Source: Camelus dromedarius (lineage: Eukaryota). From it: a stretch of 64,000 bases of DNA. Below the pieces are notes generated by a model. It saw only the letters and a program-made list of their open reading frames with translations, was not told where the DNA came from and did no database searches. The position numbers and the translations under genes are program-made. Positions 13,490 to 25,760 of the stretch are shown one piece after another; positions within the stretch are counted from its first letter, which is position 1, and every line of letters begins with the position of its first letter. The stretch covers positions 51,524,001 to 51,588,000 of the forward strand of contig NC_087436.1 of the NCBI RefSeq assembly GCF_036321535.1, in the 5' to 3' direction.

Positions 13490-14610
13490 ATCTTTCTCTC
13501 TACTTACATTATCCATATGCTCTGGCATGTTATCTACTTTTGCATTATAACCCTCAACCCTCATTATATTAATCATAGTTATATAAAATTCCCTGTCTGA
13601 TAATTCCAACATCTGTGTCACATGTCTGGTCTGATGTGTGTTTTATTTCTTTAGACTATGTTTTCCCCTTGCTTTTTGGCATGTCTTATAATTTCTCATT
13701 GAAAATCAGACAAATTGTGTCTGATATAAGAATTGAAACAGGTAGACACGTAGTGGGAGTCATCAAGCTAGGAGCTGGGCTATATTCACTGTTTGCTGTA
13801 GCTGTAGGTGCCAGGGGCTTCAAATTCCTCTATTGCCCTTGTCTTCCTCTTGACTTTGTGCTTCTCCACGTACTCCTCCTCAGAAAGATTCTGCATCTTG
13901 CAAACTTTCAAGGGTAATCCACTGCTGCTACACTGGGACCCCGTTGTGGTGGTGGTCAGGTTGCAGGGAGGGGAAGCACTCTAATCTTACGATTAAGTCT
14001 TCGTCTTTTAGCCGGCCTTTTAGCTGCGACCTTCACAAGTGTTCCTGCCATGGCATACCCTTTCCCTCCCCACCTTCAGGGAGACAGGAAGGCTGGAGGG
14101 GGCTACACGGGGATGGATGCTCTTACCCGGCGGGGACAAGGCTCTGATAAAGTGGTTCCCTTGAAGAGCAGACCTTTGTTATAGAGAACATGCTGGGAGT
14201 CCTTCCCCAGGATTACTTTTCCTCTGACCCAACAAAGCCTGCAGGGAGTGTGTCTTAGACATTCACTGTGTGAACCTGGAGGGGTTCCTGGAGGTAAATC
14301 CCCCCAAATTATAGGTGTCTCATAAACTACAGCCCCCAGGAGTTTCTTATTCTCAAGCTAGTCCACACTCAGCCTCTTCAGCAATTCATCAAAATTACTG
14401 TTTAAGTGCTCCTACCACTTCTACTTCAGGTAAGCAGATCTCAGATGCCACTCTATTTACCTTTCTTTCCAGATTTTAGGATGGTCGTTTGCCCTGCAAC
14501 CTTAGGTCTCTGAGGAGTTCAAGAAAAAACACAGATTTTTAGTTTGTTCAGCTTTGTCTTGTAAGAATGGGAGCGGCAACTTTCCATGTCAGGGCCGAAA
14601 CTGTCAGTCT
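13490..14610 (-). mobile_element. Old L1 5' region (L1MC/L1MD-like 5'UTR and ORF1 start)
   Basis: ctgtctgataattccaacatctgtgtca and ttgccctgcaaccttaggtctctg...ttttagtttgttcagcttt are typical antisense L1M 5'-end sequences. Confidence 0.65.
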
Positions 14611-14722
14611 AAGTGTTGCTTTTAAATCCTTTGTTTTCATTACGTATTTATGCATATGTGCTGGGTCATGATGTAAAATGTAGTTCTTGCTAGGGTTCAA
14701 AGAATTTCAAGAAACAGTGCCA

Positions 14723-15275
14723 TGAGACAGAGAAGGTGCCTGGGGCCATCTCTGCTGAGGTATGTCTCATCTGTACTCCCGTATGTATTCATGGAACTTT
14801 CCCATTATGAATAAAATTCTTACTTTATGGCAAGACAAAAAAATTTTTAACATAAAAATATTTTCTCTGTCCATCTGCCTCCTCTCTCCCCACGCTATGC
14901 ACTGTGTATCTGCATTATGCATCAGCCAAACCTCCCCCATCTGCAGGAAAACCTGCTCAACCATAAAGAGCAGCATTCTCCCAGCATCAACAAGACAACT
15001 CCTTAAAAGATAACATTTCTCCTTGATTTTGTACGGGGTCACATGACCCACCACTATGCCACTTAGGTCTGGATTATGTAAGCTGTCAACAATATGACAT
15101 TTGATGTGCAGCCCTCTGTCTCAAAAAACTTAAATAACTTGTACCTTGACTTCTAATGGGCAGAACAATTCTCAAAGTTTTGTGAGATGCTCTTCCTGGG
15201 TTATAATCTCGAAATTCGGCTCAAATAAAATTTTCCATTTCTTTCTTAGACCTCCTGATTAATTTTTCTTCAACA
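14723..15275 (+). mobile_element. ERV1-like solo LTR
   Basis: AATAAA near the 3' end (ggctcaaataaaattttcc), terminus ...ttcttcaaCA, and U3-like content. The 5' boundary is uncertain. Confidence 0.55.
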
Positions 15276-16874
15276 CTATATATGGCTACATAGCAGCCAA
15301 CAATCTGTAAGAAAATTCCTCACTAACTTACAGAATATCTAGTTGAAAAAAAGAGTTGGAGAAATTTAATTAGCATAACTGGTAAACAGCGACTTATTTA
15401 TTTATTTGTTTATTTATTTATATACTACAAATTTGCTCTTCAACCACACATTATGGCCTGGTATTTATTGGAAAATATAGAATAACAGTTTCCTGCTTTT
15501 CTGAAAAACATCTGAACTTTGACATTTTATTCTTTGCACTGTTCTTAGCTACAAAGTAAACTGAACATAAAATCTTAATGTGACTGATTTTAATTTGACA
15601 TTTTGATTTGCTATTTAGGACACATTATCTAAGTACTTCTTAATTTGCAGTATTGATTTTTCTACATTGATTTTAGTCTAACTAGACTTAGTTTAACTTC
15701 TAAACTAATTAGTTAGAAATTATTGTTCATTAAATCATTTTAAAATGTGGCATACGGAAGTAGGGGAATTTGAAAGAGAAAGGAAGGAGGCACAGAGAGC
15801 TCTTCCTCCTTTCACTTCTGCATATCCTTTCCCATGACAGGAAGCAGTGTCTAAAATGCTTGTACATGGCTGGTGTAGAGTCTTTCTTCTCTATAATCCA
15901 ACTCTGACCTAAGCTATGCAAGGTAATCCAAAGAGGAGACACATGCTTTACATAACACAATAGAAAAATTTTTTAAATGCTTTGTAAATGAATCGATTTC
16001 ATAACAGCTACATTTAAAAAGGAAAACAAAAAAGCAAAGGATCCATTTGACGTACTCTTTAATTTTAAATATTTTACTACATTTCCAAATTAATAATAAG
16101 ATTGAATATATTTCTGCTTTAAAATACCCTATAAAGTTTGTATTTACAAAGTTTTACAAAGAACTTTTATTGTCTGACTATAAAAGGACACCATAAATTC
16201 AAAAACAAAGTAGTCCTACATTTATATCAAAACATTCAGAAGTTAATACATTAGATTTCAATTTTAGTACAATTATTATGGCAAGTGTGGCTCTTCCACC
16301 TGGAATTTTAAATCTGGTATAATTTATCATGTTGAAGCAATGTTGGGTAATAAAATGATTAGCTTCATAAATTAAATAAGGAAAAGAGGGGAGATTGTAT
16401 TTAGAACTGGTACAATGATGATAAAATAAGGAAAAAGAATTATGCTTTCCAAACAATCAAAAATATACTCAGGGTCATGGCCAAAAAAAAAAAAAAAAGG
16501 GAAAAAAAGAGAAAATTACAAATGAAAATCCAAATGTCTGCTAATCCTGTTACAATAAAGCAAATAATTTTAGTTCTATATTTAACAGTTGACTTATATT
16601 AAAGTGTTCTCTGCTGACATGACTGAAAATATGTGATGTTACTGGCTGTCATTTCACCACATGGTACACAAGCAGACTTCTCATAATTTACACATTTGTG
16701 CTTTTGCGAATCCAGATTAATAATAACAGCCTTGTGTATGTGAAAGCTAAACACAGGAAACACCTGCAGAACAATATTAGTTTCTGTTGGGAAGTGAAAC
16801 CTTTTACTATAAATGCATTGAAAGAAACTCAAGATGATGTTTTATACTTATTAAAGCATAAAAAAATTTCTTAC

Positions 16875-17013
16875 CTAAAGCTTTCATACACCAGACTGTC
16901 TTACTCCAGAGAGCTGGCCGTGTTCTAATGCATTTACTATTTGACGTAAATTCAACCTCCACAGTACCACCAATTACTTCATCTCTCAAAATAATAAATA
17001 TTTCACCAGGATT
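16875..17013 (-). CDS. BANK1: BANK1 coding exon 4 (139 nt, DBB region)
   Basis: Translates NPGEIFIILRDEVIGGTVEVEFTSNSKCIRTRPALWSKTVWCMKAL. Acceptor tttttcatcttatag; donor TAG|gtaaga. Phase 0 to phase 1. Confidence 0.96.
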
Positions 17014-17516
17014 CTATAAGATGAAAAATATAACCCGGTTAGGCATTTGAAGGAGTTCTCACTGACCAAAGAACCCATTACATTTATCAGTGATAAAGGT
17101 CGCACATGGTTGCACATTATGTCTCCAGCATGTCCATGTTCTCAGCCATACTCAGAAATAAAATATGTAAAGGTGATTCTCACAACATTTTACGTTTATC
17201 AACTTCAGGTCTACTGAACTCTCAATATTTTTCTCCAACACCATATTTTGCAACTGAGAAGGCAGTGAGGACATCGCTTCTCCCTCCTCCTCTCCCGCAT
17301 CCCTGTGTGAGGCTGTCTCTCTGAAGGCCATAAGCATCACTTCACAAACCTCCAGGGAGCTGTAACTCAATCGCTAACCAAATCCTTTTTGCCCAAATCC
17401 CTTTCCGTCACCTTTCTAGACCTTGGCATTTTTATCTACAAATGAGAGGATTGAATAGGGTTAGCTTTAAGGTCTCTTATAATTTAAATATAATGAATTG
17501 TTTTAAATGTCAAATA

Positions 17517-17729
17517 CAGTTGACCCTTGAACAATGCAGGTGAGAGGGGCACCAACCCTCCGCACAGCAGAAAATCCCTATATAATTTAGAGTAGGCCTT
17601 TCCCGTCCGCAGCACCCGAAGATTCAACCAACTGCAGGTTGTGCAGTACTGCAGTATTCCTAATTGAAAAAAATCCATGTATAAATTGACCCATGAAGTT
17701 CAAAACCCCCTCTGTTCAAGGGTCAACTG
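17517..17729. mobile_element. Tigger2-derived MITE (TcMar-Tigger), 213 bp
   Basis: Perfect 17-bp terminal inverted repeats cagttgacccttgaaca (17517-17533) and tgttcaagggtcaactg (17713-17729), with TA on both sides. Confidence 0.92.
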
Positions 17730-17974
17730 TAGTTTTAAATCTTACCTAACAGAGATTCTCTGGTTACTCTTTATTTATGATGTGGACCAGTGAAGGATAT
17801 TGAGTTATAAATCTAAAGGTTATAAAGGCTATAAATCTAAAAGTTTCAAGACTTTATTAAAGTGGAAAAGCTAAATCTATGTACGTAAGATAAAAAGGTT
17901 ATTGAAAACATTTTGAAAGCAATCTAGAAAAAAATTAGGGAAAAGAAGATTGGAATTAATACAGAGAAAGGGAA

Positions 17975-18060
17975 GGAATAAACATTTATTGAGCATCTGT
18001 TTTATACTAGGAATTATGATAAGCACTTTTTATATAAATCTATTTCCTCTAACCCTAATC

Positions 18061-18097
<37 letters not shown>

Positions 18098-18215
18098 CCT
18101 AAAGCCAAAATGGAAGGCTGTTCTTTTTCTCTTTTATGAACAGGGTAACTAATACTGAGTTACATTCTAAACATTAATCAGAACTCTCTAAATTCAAAAT
18201 CTGTATTCTTCTTTA
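17975..18215 (-). mobile_element. Decayed MIR containing a CA microsatellite
   Basis: aacatttattgagcatctgttttatactagg...aagcacttttt resembles the antisense MIR 3' end. Confidence 0.5.
18064..18096. repeat. (AC)n microsatellite, about 16 units
   Basis: Directly visible. Confidence 0.97.
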
Positions 18216-19201
18216 CATTGGGCTGTTTAACGCTTCAAAATAGCTCAAATGAAATATGTTTCTATGATTATCTCAGATATCACCTTTCAAAGCCTTTCTT
18301 CAAAGTCAAACTGAATTTCAGTCCCTCACAAAATAAACAGAAACCTCATTTATATGCTCTTATAAAATCGTGTTTACCCAAAAGTCATTAATTTCAAAGT
18401 TCTCTTATTTAAATGTTATCTCCCTAAGCATAAATCACCCACCGATAAAACTTACATTTTTAATGCTTTGTACTAAAGAGTTTCTACAGATATGTTGATG
18501 CTACAAAATCATTTCAGCTGAGACACATCCACCTCAGGCATTTTTCCACCAGAGTCTAATGCTCCCATGTATTTGTCCACAGGATATTTTGAACTAAATT
18601 CCTCCACACCCTATTAAATTGCATATTGAGAAAAGACCCCACTAGCCCATCTATTGCTCTGGCCCCACACATCTGACACATCGGAGACACTTCCTTGATT
18701 CTCTCCCTGTGCCTCCCTGACACACTCGACGCACTGCTCCACCTGAGTCCTGATGTCAGGACACAGCCCCGCCTGGTCCTCACGTCTGACATCTCCTCTT
18801 CACAGGACCTCACTTCCAGCGCAGTTCTTTAGTTCCTCTGGTGCTCACATCCGTCACTTTACTTCAAAGCTTTAATGACTTCCCATTTCACTCGGGCTCA
18901 GATCCCCAACATCCTCTGCTTCAAAGTTCTTCGGAGTTCTCCTCCCTGAGTACATCCCTTCTTGTATAACTTTGACCTCTCGCCTTCCAAAATTAGTAGC
19001 CTGAGCATCCTCTCCCAGTGTTTATTCACCCAGCAATCTCATTCTCATGCAGGAGTGCCCACACAGGCTGCTTCTTATGCATCAGATGTTCTCCTTAATA
19101 GAGGGCAGGACTCCACCTTCCAACCATTTCCAGAGAAGAGGTCTAAACAAAAGACAAACATACTGACTAGCCCCGAGGCGGCACTCACGCTCGCTTTGTG
19201 C

Positions 19202-19373
19202 CTGGGACCAGCTTCATGGCATGTGACCTCTGCAGCTATACACCCTGCACTTGGAAGGGTCCTACACTTGTTTCAATGTTCTGCTGTCGTAGCTTGAAAT
19301 CTTTGATAATTTGAACAAGGGTCTCTGCCTTTTCATTTTGCACCGGGCCCTGCTAATTAGGTCATCAGTGCTG
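19202..19373 (+). mobile_element. hAT MITE (MER53-like)
   Basis: ccagcttcatggcatgtgacctctgcag...ttgaacaagg...ttttcattttgcaccgggccctg. The flanks tttgtgc and tttgtac resemble a TSD. Confidence 0.8.
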
Positions 19374-20424
19374 TTTGTACGCAATGTTGGCACGCCCTTT
19401 AGTTCCCACTCTCCCTCCAGTTCCCCAGACATATCCTCTCCAACAAGGTCCAACTCAGGTTTGTGAGCCCCCAAGTCCTCCCTACAGCTCAGGCCCGTGA
19501 GGAGTTTTATAGCTTCTGAAGGAATCATAAAGCATTCCACACCTGTACTCCTCATTTGACCCTTCTAAGTCATGCCCTCTAGTCTTAATAACTTTTTCAT
19601 GGCGATGTCTTGGCTTCCTGAGTAGATTTTAAACACCCTGAAGGTATTTTTATTTTTTCATATTATCATGGCATCTTGCAAGAATTACGTACATAAGAGG
19701 CAATCTGTGTATATTTTTAAATTCAGATGGAATAAGCCTGCAAAAATAGGACATTTTTACAATCGAGCATGCCCAGCTCTACTCTTACCCGCCCCAGGAC
19801 TCGCAGCCTCATCTGCTTCTTGCATCTCCATGCATGGAGGGGGCCGCTCCTGGAGGGTAGGCCTGCCCTTGTCCAGCCCTGTCCTTAATTATTGTGGGCA
19901 TCTTAATTAAAGATGTAATCATACAGGCACATTTCATTCAATGAAGGAACTGTTAGGACACTCAAACAGTCATACATTTAGTTTTACCAGTGAGGAAGCC
20001 TCTATTTTGCTCTCAATCTTTCTGATCCCTTTATTTATCCCTTCTTTGATTCTGAGCACTCAAAGAGGAAGTTACCATAATTATTAGCACTTCCAAACTC
20101 TAAAGACTTGCTACATTGGTCACAAACCTTGAGACCTCAATAAAAGGGCTGGAACTTAGCCTATAATCCAGCACATAGGTCATGCAGCTTCTGGTTTGTC
20201 AGGGTGGGTGTCTTAAGGCTTTAATTAATTATTAAGCACAAGTAATGAAGGATTTTGATCCTGGTGGATCATATTTCATATATGCATAACTAACAGGCAC
20301 GGCCCTACAGGTGGGGGTGCACGGGCCTTAGTAAACCAGCACCGTGCGAGTTCCCGCAGCGGACCCTGATCCGACCCGCGACAGCAGAACAAGGACTAGG
20401 CTATGGCTGTGATTCCAAACCTGC

Positions 20425-20886
20425 TGCTAATTCTCACCTTCATAATCACCTGGGAAGCTTTAAAGTTTCCAATATCCAGGCCATAACCCAGACCATTTAC
20501 ATCTGAAACTCTGGGAGTAGGATTCAGACATTTTTTTTTCAATTTTTTTTTTTTATTGAAATAGTCAGTTTACAATGTTGTGTTAATTTCTGGTATACAG
20601 CATAACGATTCAGTTATACATACATACATATATATTCTTTTTCGTATTCTTTTTTCATTATAGACTATTACAAGATATTGAATATAGTTCTCTGTGCCAT
20701 ACATTAGGACCTTGTTGTTTATCTATTTTATAAACAGTAGTTAGCATATGCAAATCCCAAACTCCCAATTTTACTCCCCTCCGCACTTTCTCCCCTGGTA
20801 ACTGTAAGTTTGTTTCCTATAGACATTATGACTTTTTAAAAGCTCCCCTAGCAGTCCCTGTAAGCAGCCTAGTTTGAGAACCACTT
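20425..20886. mobile_element. MER5-family hAT MITE split by an L1 insertion
   Basis: Left half aatcacctgggaagcttt...cccagaccatttacatctgaaactctgggag; right half tttttaaaagctcccc...gcagcctagtttgagaaccact. Confidence 0.8.
20533..20820 (-). mobile_element. 5'-truncated L1 3'UTR (cetartiodactyl-type) with polyA tail
   Basis: PolyT run, then ttattgaaatagtcagtttacaatgttgtgttaatttctggtatacagca. TSD AGACATT at 20526-20532 and 20821-20827. Confidence 0.88.
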
Positions 20887-22087
20887 GGCTAAAGGGAAAA
20901 AAACATCTTGTCCTTATTGTAAAACCCTACCACCAAAGGGGTGATGTATCACAACACATTTCTGGCATTGAAACACACAATAATCTTTCGCTACTTTTAC
21001 TGTATTTCTCAATTAAACCACAGGATCAGACTTTAACTTAAGGCTGGTTACCAAGAACTAGTGTGTGACTTGGTATCAGAAATAAGTCGGCAGTGCTGTT
21101 AGCGTCTGTGTATCGTCTCAAACTGCAGCCAGCGTTATCAAGGAATGAATGGGTAGGAGGTAATCTCTGAGGTTACTGTAGGGTGCCCACAGGCCTTTAA
21201 GAGCCATACCTCTTCACATCCTCTCAGTCTCTCTAGATTTATTGATTACATAATCTGCAGTCTGCACAGATTTGGGTTTGGAGATTCATATTATGGTTGC
21301 AGCCACTGAGGTATACATCAATAAAGGTAAAATAAAATAAAAGCCTTTATTAGGGAGTATGCCATGTTCTAGCATTCAGATAGAAAAACAATTCAATGAA
21401 ATTAATATAGATCCAAACGCAGATAAAGCCCCTTAAAAGGCCTTTTGTGGTTATACTGTAACTTTAAGAATTAAATTTGCTCAAGCCATCAGCACGTGAC
21501 CAGATCACTTTTAAAAATATATTTGTCTTATCAGAACAGTAGCAGTGGTAGAATAATACAAAAATAAAGAGAGAGCAGTTAGCTTTCCTAAAGGAAGTAA
21601 GAGGTTTTGGCTGGAGAAAAGCTGAAGCTGCAGCCAATTCTACCAAAAGGAAGGAAAAATAACATATTGAAGTCCTGCCCACACAGATAAAAGAAGATGA
21701 AGAAAGTAAGCTCCCTCTTAACTGCGCTTGAGGATGGTGCTACAGAGGAAGCCAGGTAGAGGCCACCCCTGGACCTGTGACCTGTGACGGGGCTCACAGA
21801 AGTAACAGGAGAGGCAGGGGGCATCTGAGGGCAAACCACAGGACATCCGGGTGGGCCTCTAAGGAAAATATTCATAGGCTCCCTCTTAAAACTTCAGATA
21901 AAACCCACTTAAAAAGTGACTGAATCACTGCTCACAGATGACGCAGCTCCACCAGGAGATCAGAGGACAACGGGCTGGGCTGCAGAGACGCCTCTGATGA
22001 AGGGCTCTGACTCCTTGGTGCCGTTATTAGGTGATCTGAAGGTGCCCTAATACTTAAGGGGCATGAATGTATCTCTGTCCTCTGAGG

Positions 22088-22303
22088 CAGGATTTAACCT
22101 TAGCACCATTCATATTTTTGGAGCAGAGAAGTTGCTGTCGTGGGAACTCCCTGGGTACCACAGGAGGTTTAGCAGCACCTTTGGCATCCACCCACTAAAG
22201 GCAAGTAGCAATCCCCTAGTTATGACAACCAAATCTGTCTGCAGACTTCGCCAAATAGCCCCCGGGGAGAGGGGGCCAGATCTCTCCCAGACAAGAACCG
22301 CTG
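22088..22303 (+). mobile_element. MER20 hAT-Charlie MITE, full length
   Basis: aggtttagcagca...tatgacaaccaaa...gcagacttcgccaaat...aagaaccgctg. Perfect 8-bp TSD CTCTGAGG at 22080-22087 and 22304-22311. Confidence 0.92.
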
Positions 22304-24510
22304 CTCTGAGGAAATCTTCACGAGAAGTGAATGAGCCTGGGACTTTGGCATAAACGCACAGCAAAGGGAAAGGAAGCTAGCGAATAGCGAATGGTTCTGG
22401 TTTAGATGTTACTCCAATGGAAGAATGCCTCTCAGGTGGATTATTCATCAGGGGCAAAACTGCGTAAGATTCATTTGTGAACAATGGATGTGTTTGCCAC
22501 ACTTACAATTCACTGACTTCATATCTTTCAAGATCAGTTACCCTACAGGACAAAATCAAGAGGAATATGCTAGAAAAAAAAAATCTTGGGCCATAACAAC
22601 AAAAAAGCTTAAAGAATACTAATATAGAACAAAGATTGCTAATCCTAGAACAGGTAAAAGAAGAGGCCAAGTTAAGCAGCAGATTTAAGCTGTTAAAACT
22701 CATTTAGGTATTTCTTAAAAAGACAGAGAATAACTTACATAAATAGAACACTGGAGGCACATGTTCTGGTGCATGAAAAAAATTGTGGAAGAAGAAATAT
22801 TTTCTGCTGTTTTTAAAGTGGCATAAGATTTTCAAGGTCGAGGAAATCTGAAATCCATGGAAAGAACAATGCTGGGAAAGATGAGGAGGCAGAGGGGTCA
22901 AAACTGCCAGGCCCCCTGGGGTCAAAAGCAGCAGCAGCACTACCTGCTGCCTCAGTCAGACCACCTACTAAGGCTGACTCTCCGGAGCAGAGGAGGGAGC
23001 AGGGAGAACACGTCTCTAGGGGCAGGTCCGCAGCCCCACGCGATTCCACAGCAAGGTGTAGCAGGAGGGATTTAAATGAACTCGCTATTCATCAGAGAGA
23101 ATGAAGATGATGTCATTAGCTCGAACCAGTCAACTCAGTGCTGGGATGCTGGAAACACAAAACTGTAAAGGGGGCATTCACAGACTCTGAAGATACAGGG
23201 TGCAAAAGAGGCATATCTCAAATTAAGACCCGGTAACTGGCAATGACAGTCTTGTAAACTTCTAGATTTCGTAAGATAGCAGGGAAGTCTCAAATATCAC
23301 TTCCTGGGAGAGTAGGTCATATTCCTGAGAGATCTCTATCCACCTAATATAATATTTGGAGGACTTCTCAGAAATAAGTTCAAAGGTTGTGCTTTCAGAC
23401 AATTGGCACAGACTGAACTGAACGTTATCCTGGCAAATATGACACATGATTTTCACTTATTTGGATACAAATGATCTTTCCTGTGTTGCTTGGAAATTGG
23501 TACATGGATTCAGACTGTACTAAAATCTAGGCTCTGAGAACACAAGATTTTGACTGGGATGACTGTTTTTGGTCCAGGGGTTAGTTTATTTCAAATTTTT
23601 TAGTGTGTGACGCTGGTGCGAAAATAATCTTATGTGACCTTTCAACTCTTAGGATTGTTTAAAAAGTGGAGAAAGATTTCGAATTGAAATAATTTAGCTT
23701 CAGAGTGTCTGAAAAAATTATTTCCATATCAATAAAAGACAGCCAACAATTTTGCTATAGAAAGAACCCTGATCCTACCCAGTTAACTGAGCGAGCTATC
23801 TCTGATTGGAGGGCAGTGGGGTTTAATTTTTGGATTTTGATTTCTCTGCAAATTTAATAATGGAAAGGTTTTATATTGTTCAACTTTTACTCTTGCAGAT
23901 ATTTTTAAAAGCAGATATTTAGACACATTGCATAATTCTTGGTGAGCAATTTTTAGTTCCAGAGGGTTTTTTCTTTGACTTTACCTATTTGGGAATAGTT
24001 TTCATTTCTCTTTTATTACAGTCTCTTCTATTTATTTCTGTCTCTTCCATTATTTCTGATTCAGTAGGAGCTACTGTTTCTGATTATTGGCCTGATCTCC
24101 CTTCCTTAAGTAGGTTGTAAGTTTTCCTTGCCAGATCCTCTGTCTCAGCTCCCTCAAACCTGTTCAGGTTCCTGGGGTCTCTAAGGCAGTGTCAAAGAAG
24201 TCTTTGTTCCTCTGGAACTGAAAACATAATAACTTAAAACCAGTGATTCTCCTGCTTAGGCATGGGGTCTGGGGGTGAGGGAATTAAGCTTTGCCTACTG
24301 AACAGAATGTTCAGCTTCTCCCAGGACTGCTGGTGCCATCAGGATTAGGGCATTCTCTCCCCAAAGATGCCTCCCAGTAAGCAGACAAGTGCTGCTCCTG
24401 TCACTTAAATCTGCTGGCTGCCACCCAAAGGACCTTTTCATGCAACTCTCAAGGTTCTTCTGGATCTATGACTCTTCCTGCTCAAGCATACCATGGACAC
24501 TGAGGGCTAG

Positions 24511-25123
24511 TATCTTTTTTTTTTAACTTATTGATTATTATTATTATTTTTAATTGAAGTATAGTTGATTTACAATATTGTGTTAATTTCTGGTGTATAG
24601 CATAGTGATTCAGTTACATATACGTATATATACACATATATACACATACATTCTTTTTCATTATAGGTTATTAAAAGCTATTGAATATAGTTCCCTATGC
24701 TATACAGTAGGTCCTTGTTGTTTATCTATTTCACATATCATAGTTTGTATCTGTTAATCCCAAACTCCTAATTTATCCTTCCTCTCCCCCTTCCCACTTT
24801 GGTAACCATACATTTTTTTTCTATGTCTGTGAGTCTGTTTCCATTTTGTAAATAAGTTCATTTGTGTCATTTTTTAGACTCCACATATAAGTGGTATCAT
24901 ATGATATTTGTCTTTCTCTGTTTGGCATACTGAAGTATGGCTTAATTAGTGTGATAATCTCTAGGTCCATCCATGCTGCTGCAAATGGCATTGTTTCATA
25001 GACAAGACATGGAAGCAACCTGAATGTCTATCAACAGATGACTGGATAAAGAAGTTGTGGTATATTTATACAATGGAATACTACACAGCCATAAAAAAGA
25101 ATGAAATAATGCCATTTGCAGCA
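24511..25123 (-). mobile_element. L1 3' fragment with an inverted 5' segment
   Basis: 24511-24999 is minus-strand L1 3'UTR plus the ORF2 tail (MPFAAAWMDLEII). 25001-25123 is the adjoining upstream L1 sequence on the plus strand. TSD-like ag(t/c)atctttt at 24509 and 25120. Confidence 0.88.
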
Positions 25124-25569
25124 TCTTTTAATTGTCTGAAGATTACATAGACTGAGTCTCTGATCAAGCTCTGGAAGTAGGCTTATTTTAGTGGTTCAAT
25201 CTAGTGAAGACTTAGGAGGAAGAAATGTCAGCAATATGTATTCATAGAATCACCTTCTGAGAAATCCACTCCCCATAGCATTATACTTTTATTCCCAAAG
25301 GAACCAGTTCTTCTAGTGCTTATGATAGTTCTACTTTATAATGTAGGTCTTTGATACATATTTTATAATTGAAAAATTAGTGGTCCTAAAAAAATAAGTA
25401 TTTTCAAATTCAACAGTGTATTTCCCTTCATGAAAATAAAACTCTTTATCTAGTTAATATGAATCCAGCTTTCCTTTAAATTGCCTGATACATAGAGCAA
25501 TTGTAGATGTGTTTGCAACATTTCAAGTTACTTTTAATAAAATTACCCTTTCATATATGTTTCAATCCT

Positions 25570-25695
25570 CAATTATTCAACAAATGTGTATCACATGTCT
25601 ACTAACTGCTAGACATTGTTCTGGGTTCTGAGGACACGGCCATGAACAAAGTAGACAGAAATGTCACTATGTTGGAGCGTCCAGTGTTAGTTACA
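25570..25695 (-). mobile_element. L2 3' end fragment
   Basis: attcaacaaatgtgtatcacatgtctact...gctagacattgttctgggttctgaggacac. Confidence 0.65.
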
Positions 25696-25760
25696 TTCTA
25701 GTGAATGCAGTACCCATTAAAATATTATGGTCACTTAAATAACAAGCCATCTTTACTGAC

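Noticed and set aside
24821..25018. ORF containing MPFAAAWMDLEII
   Set aside because: It is the L1 ORF2 C-terminus and 3'UTR, not a host gene.
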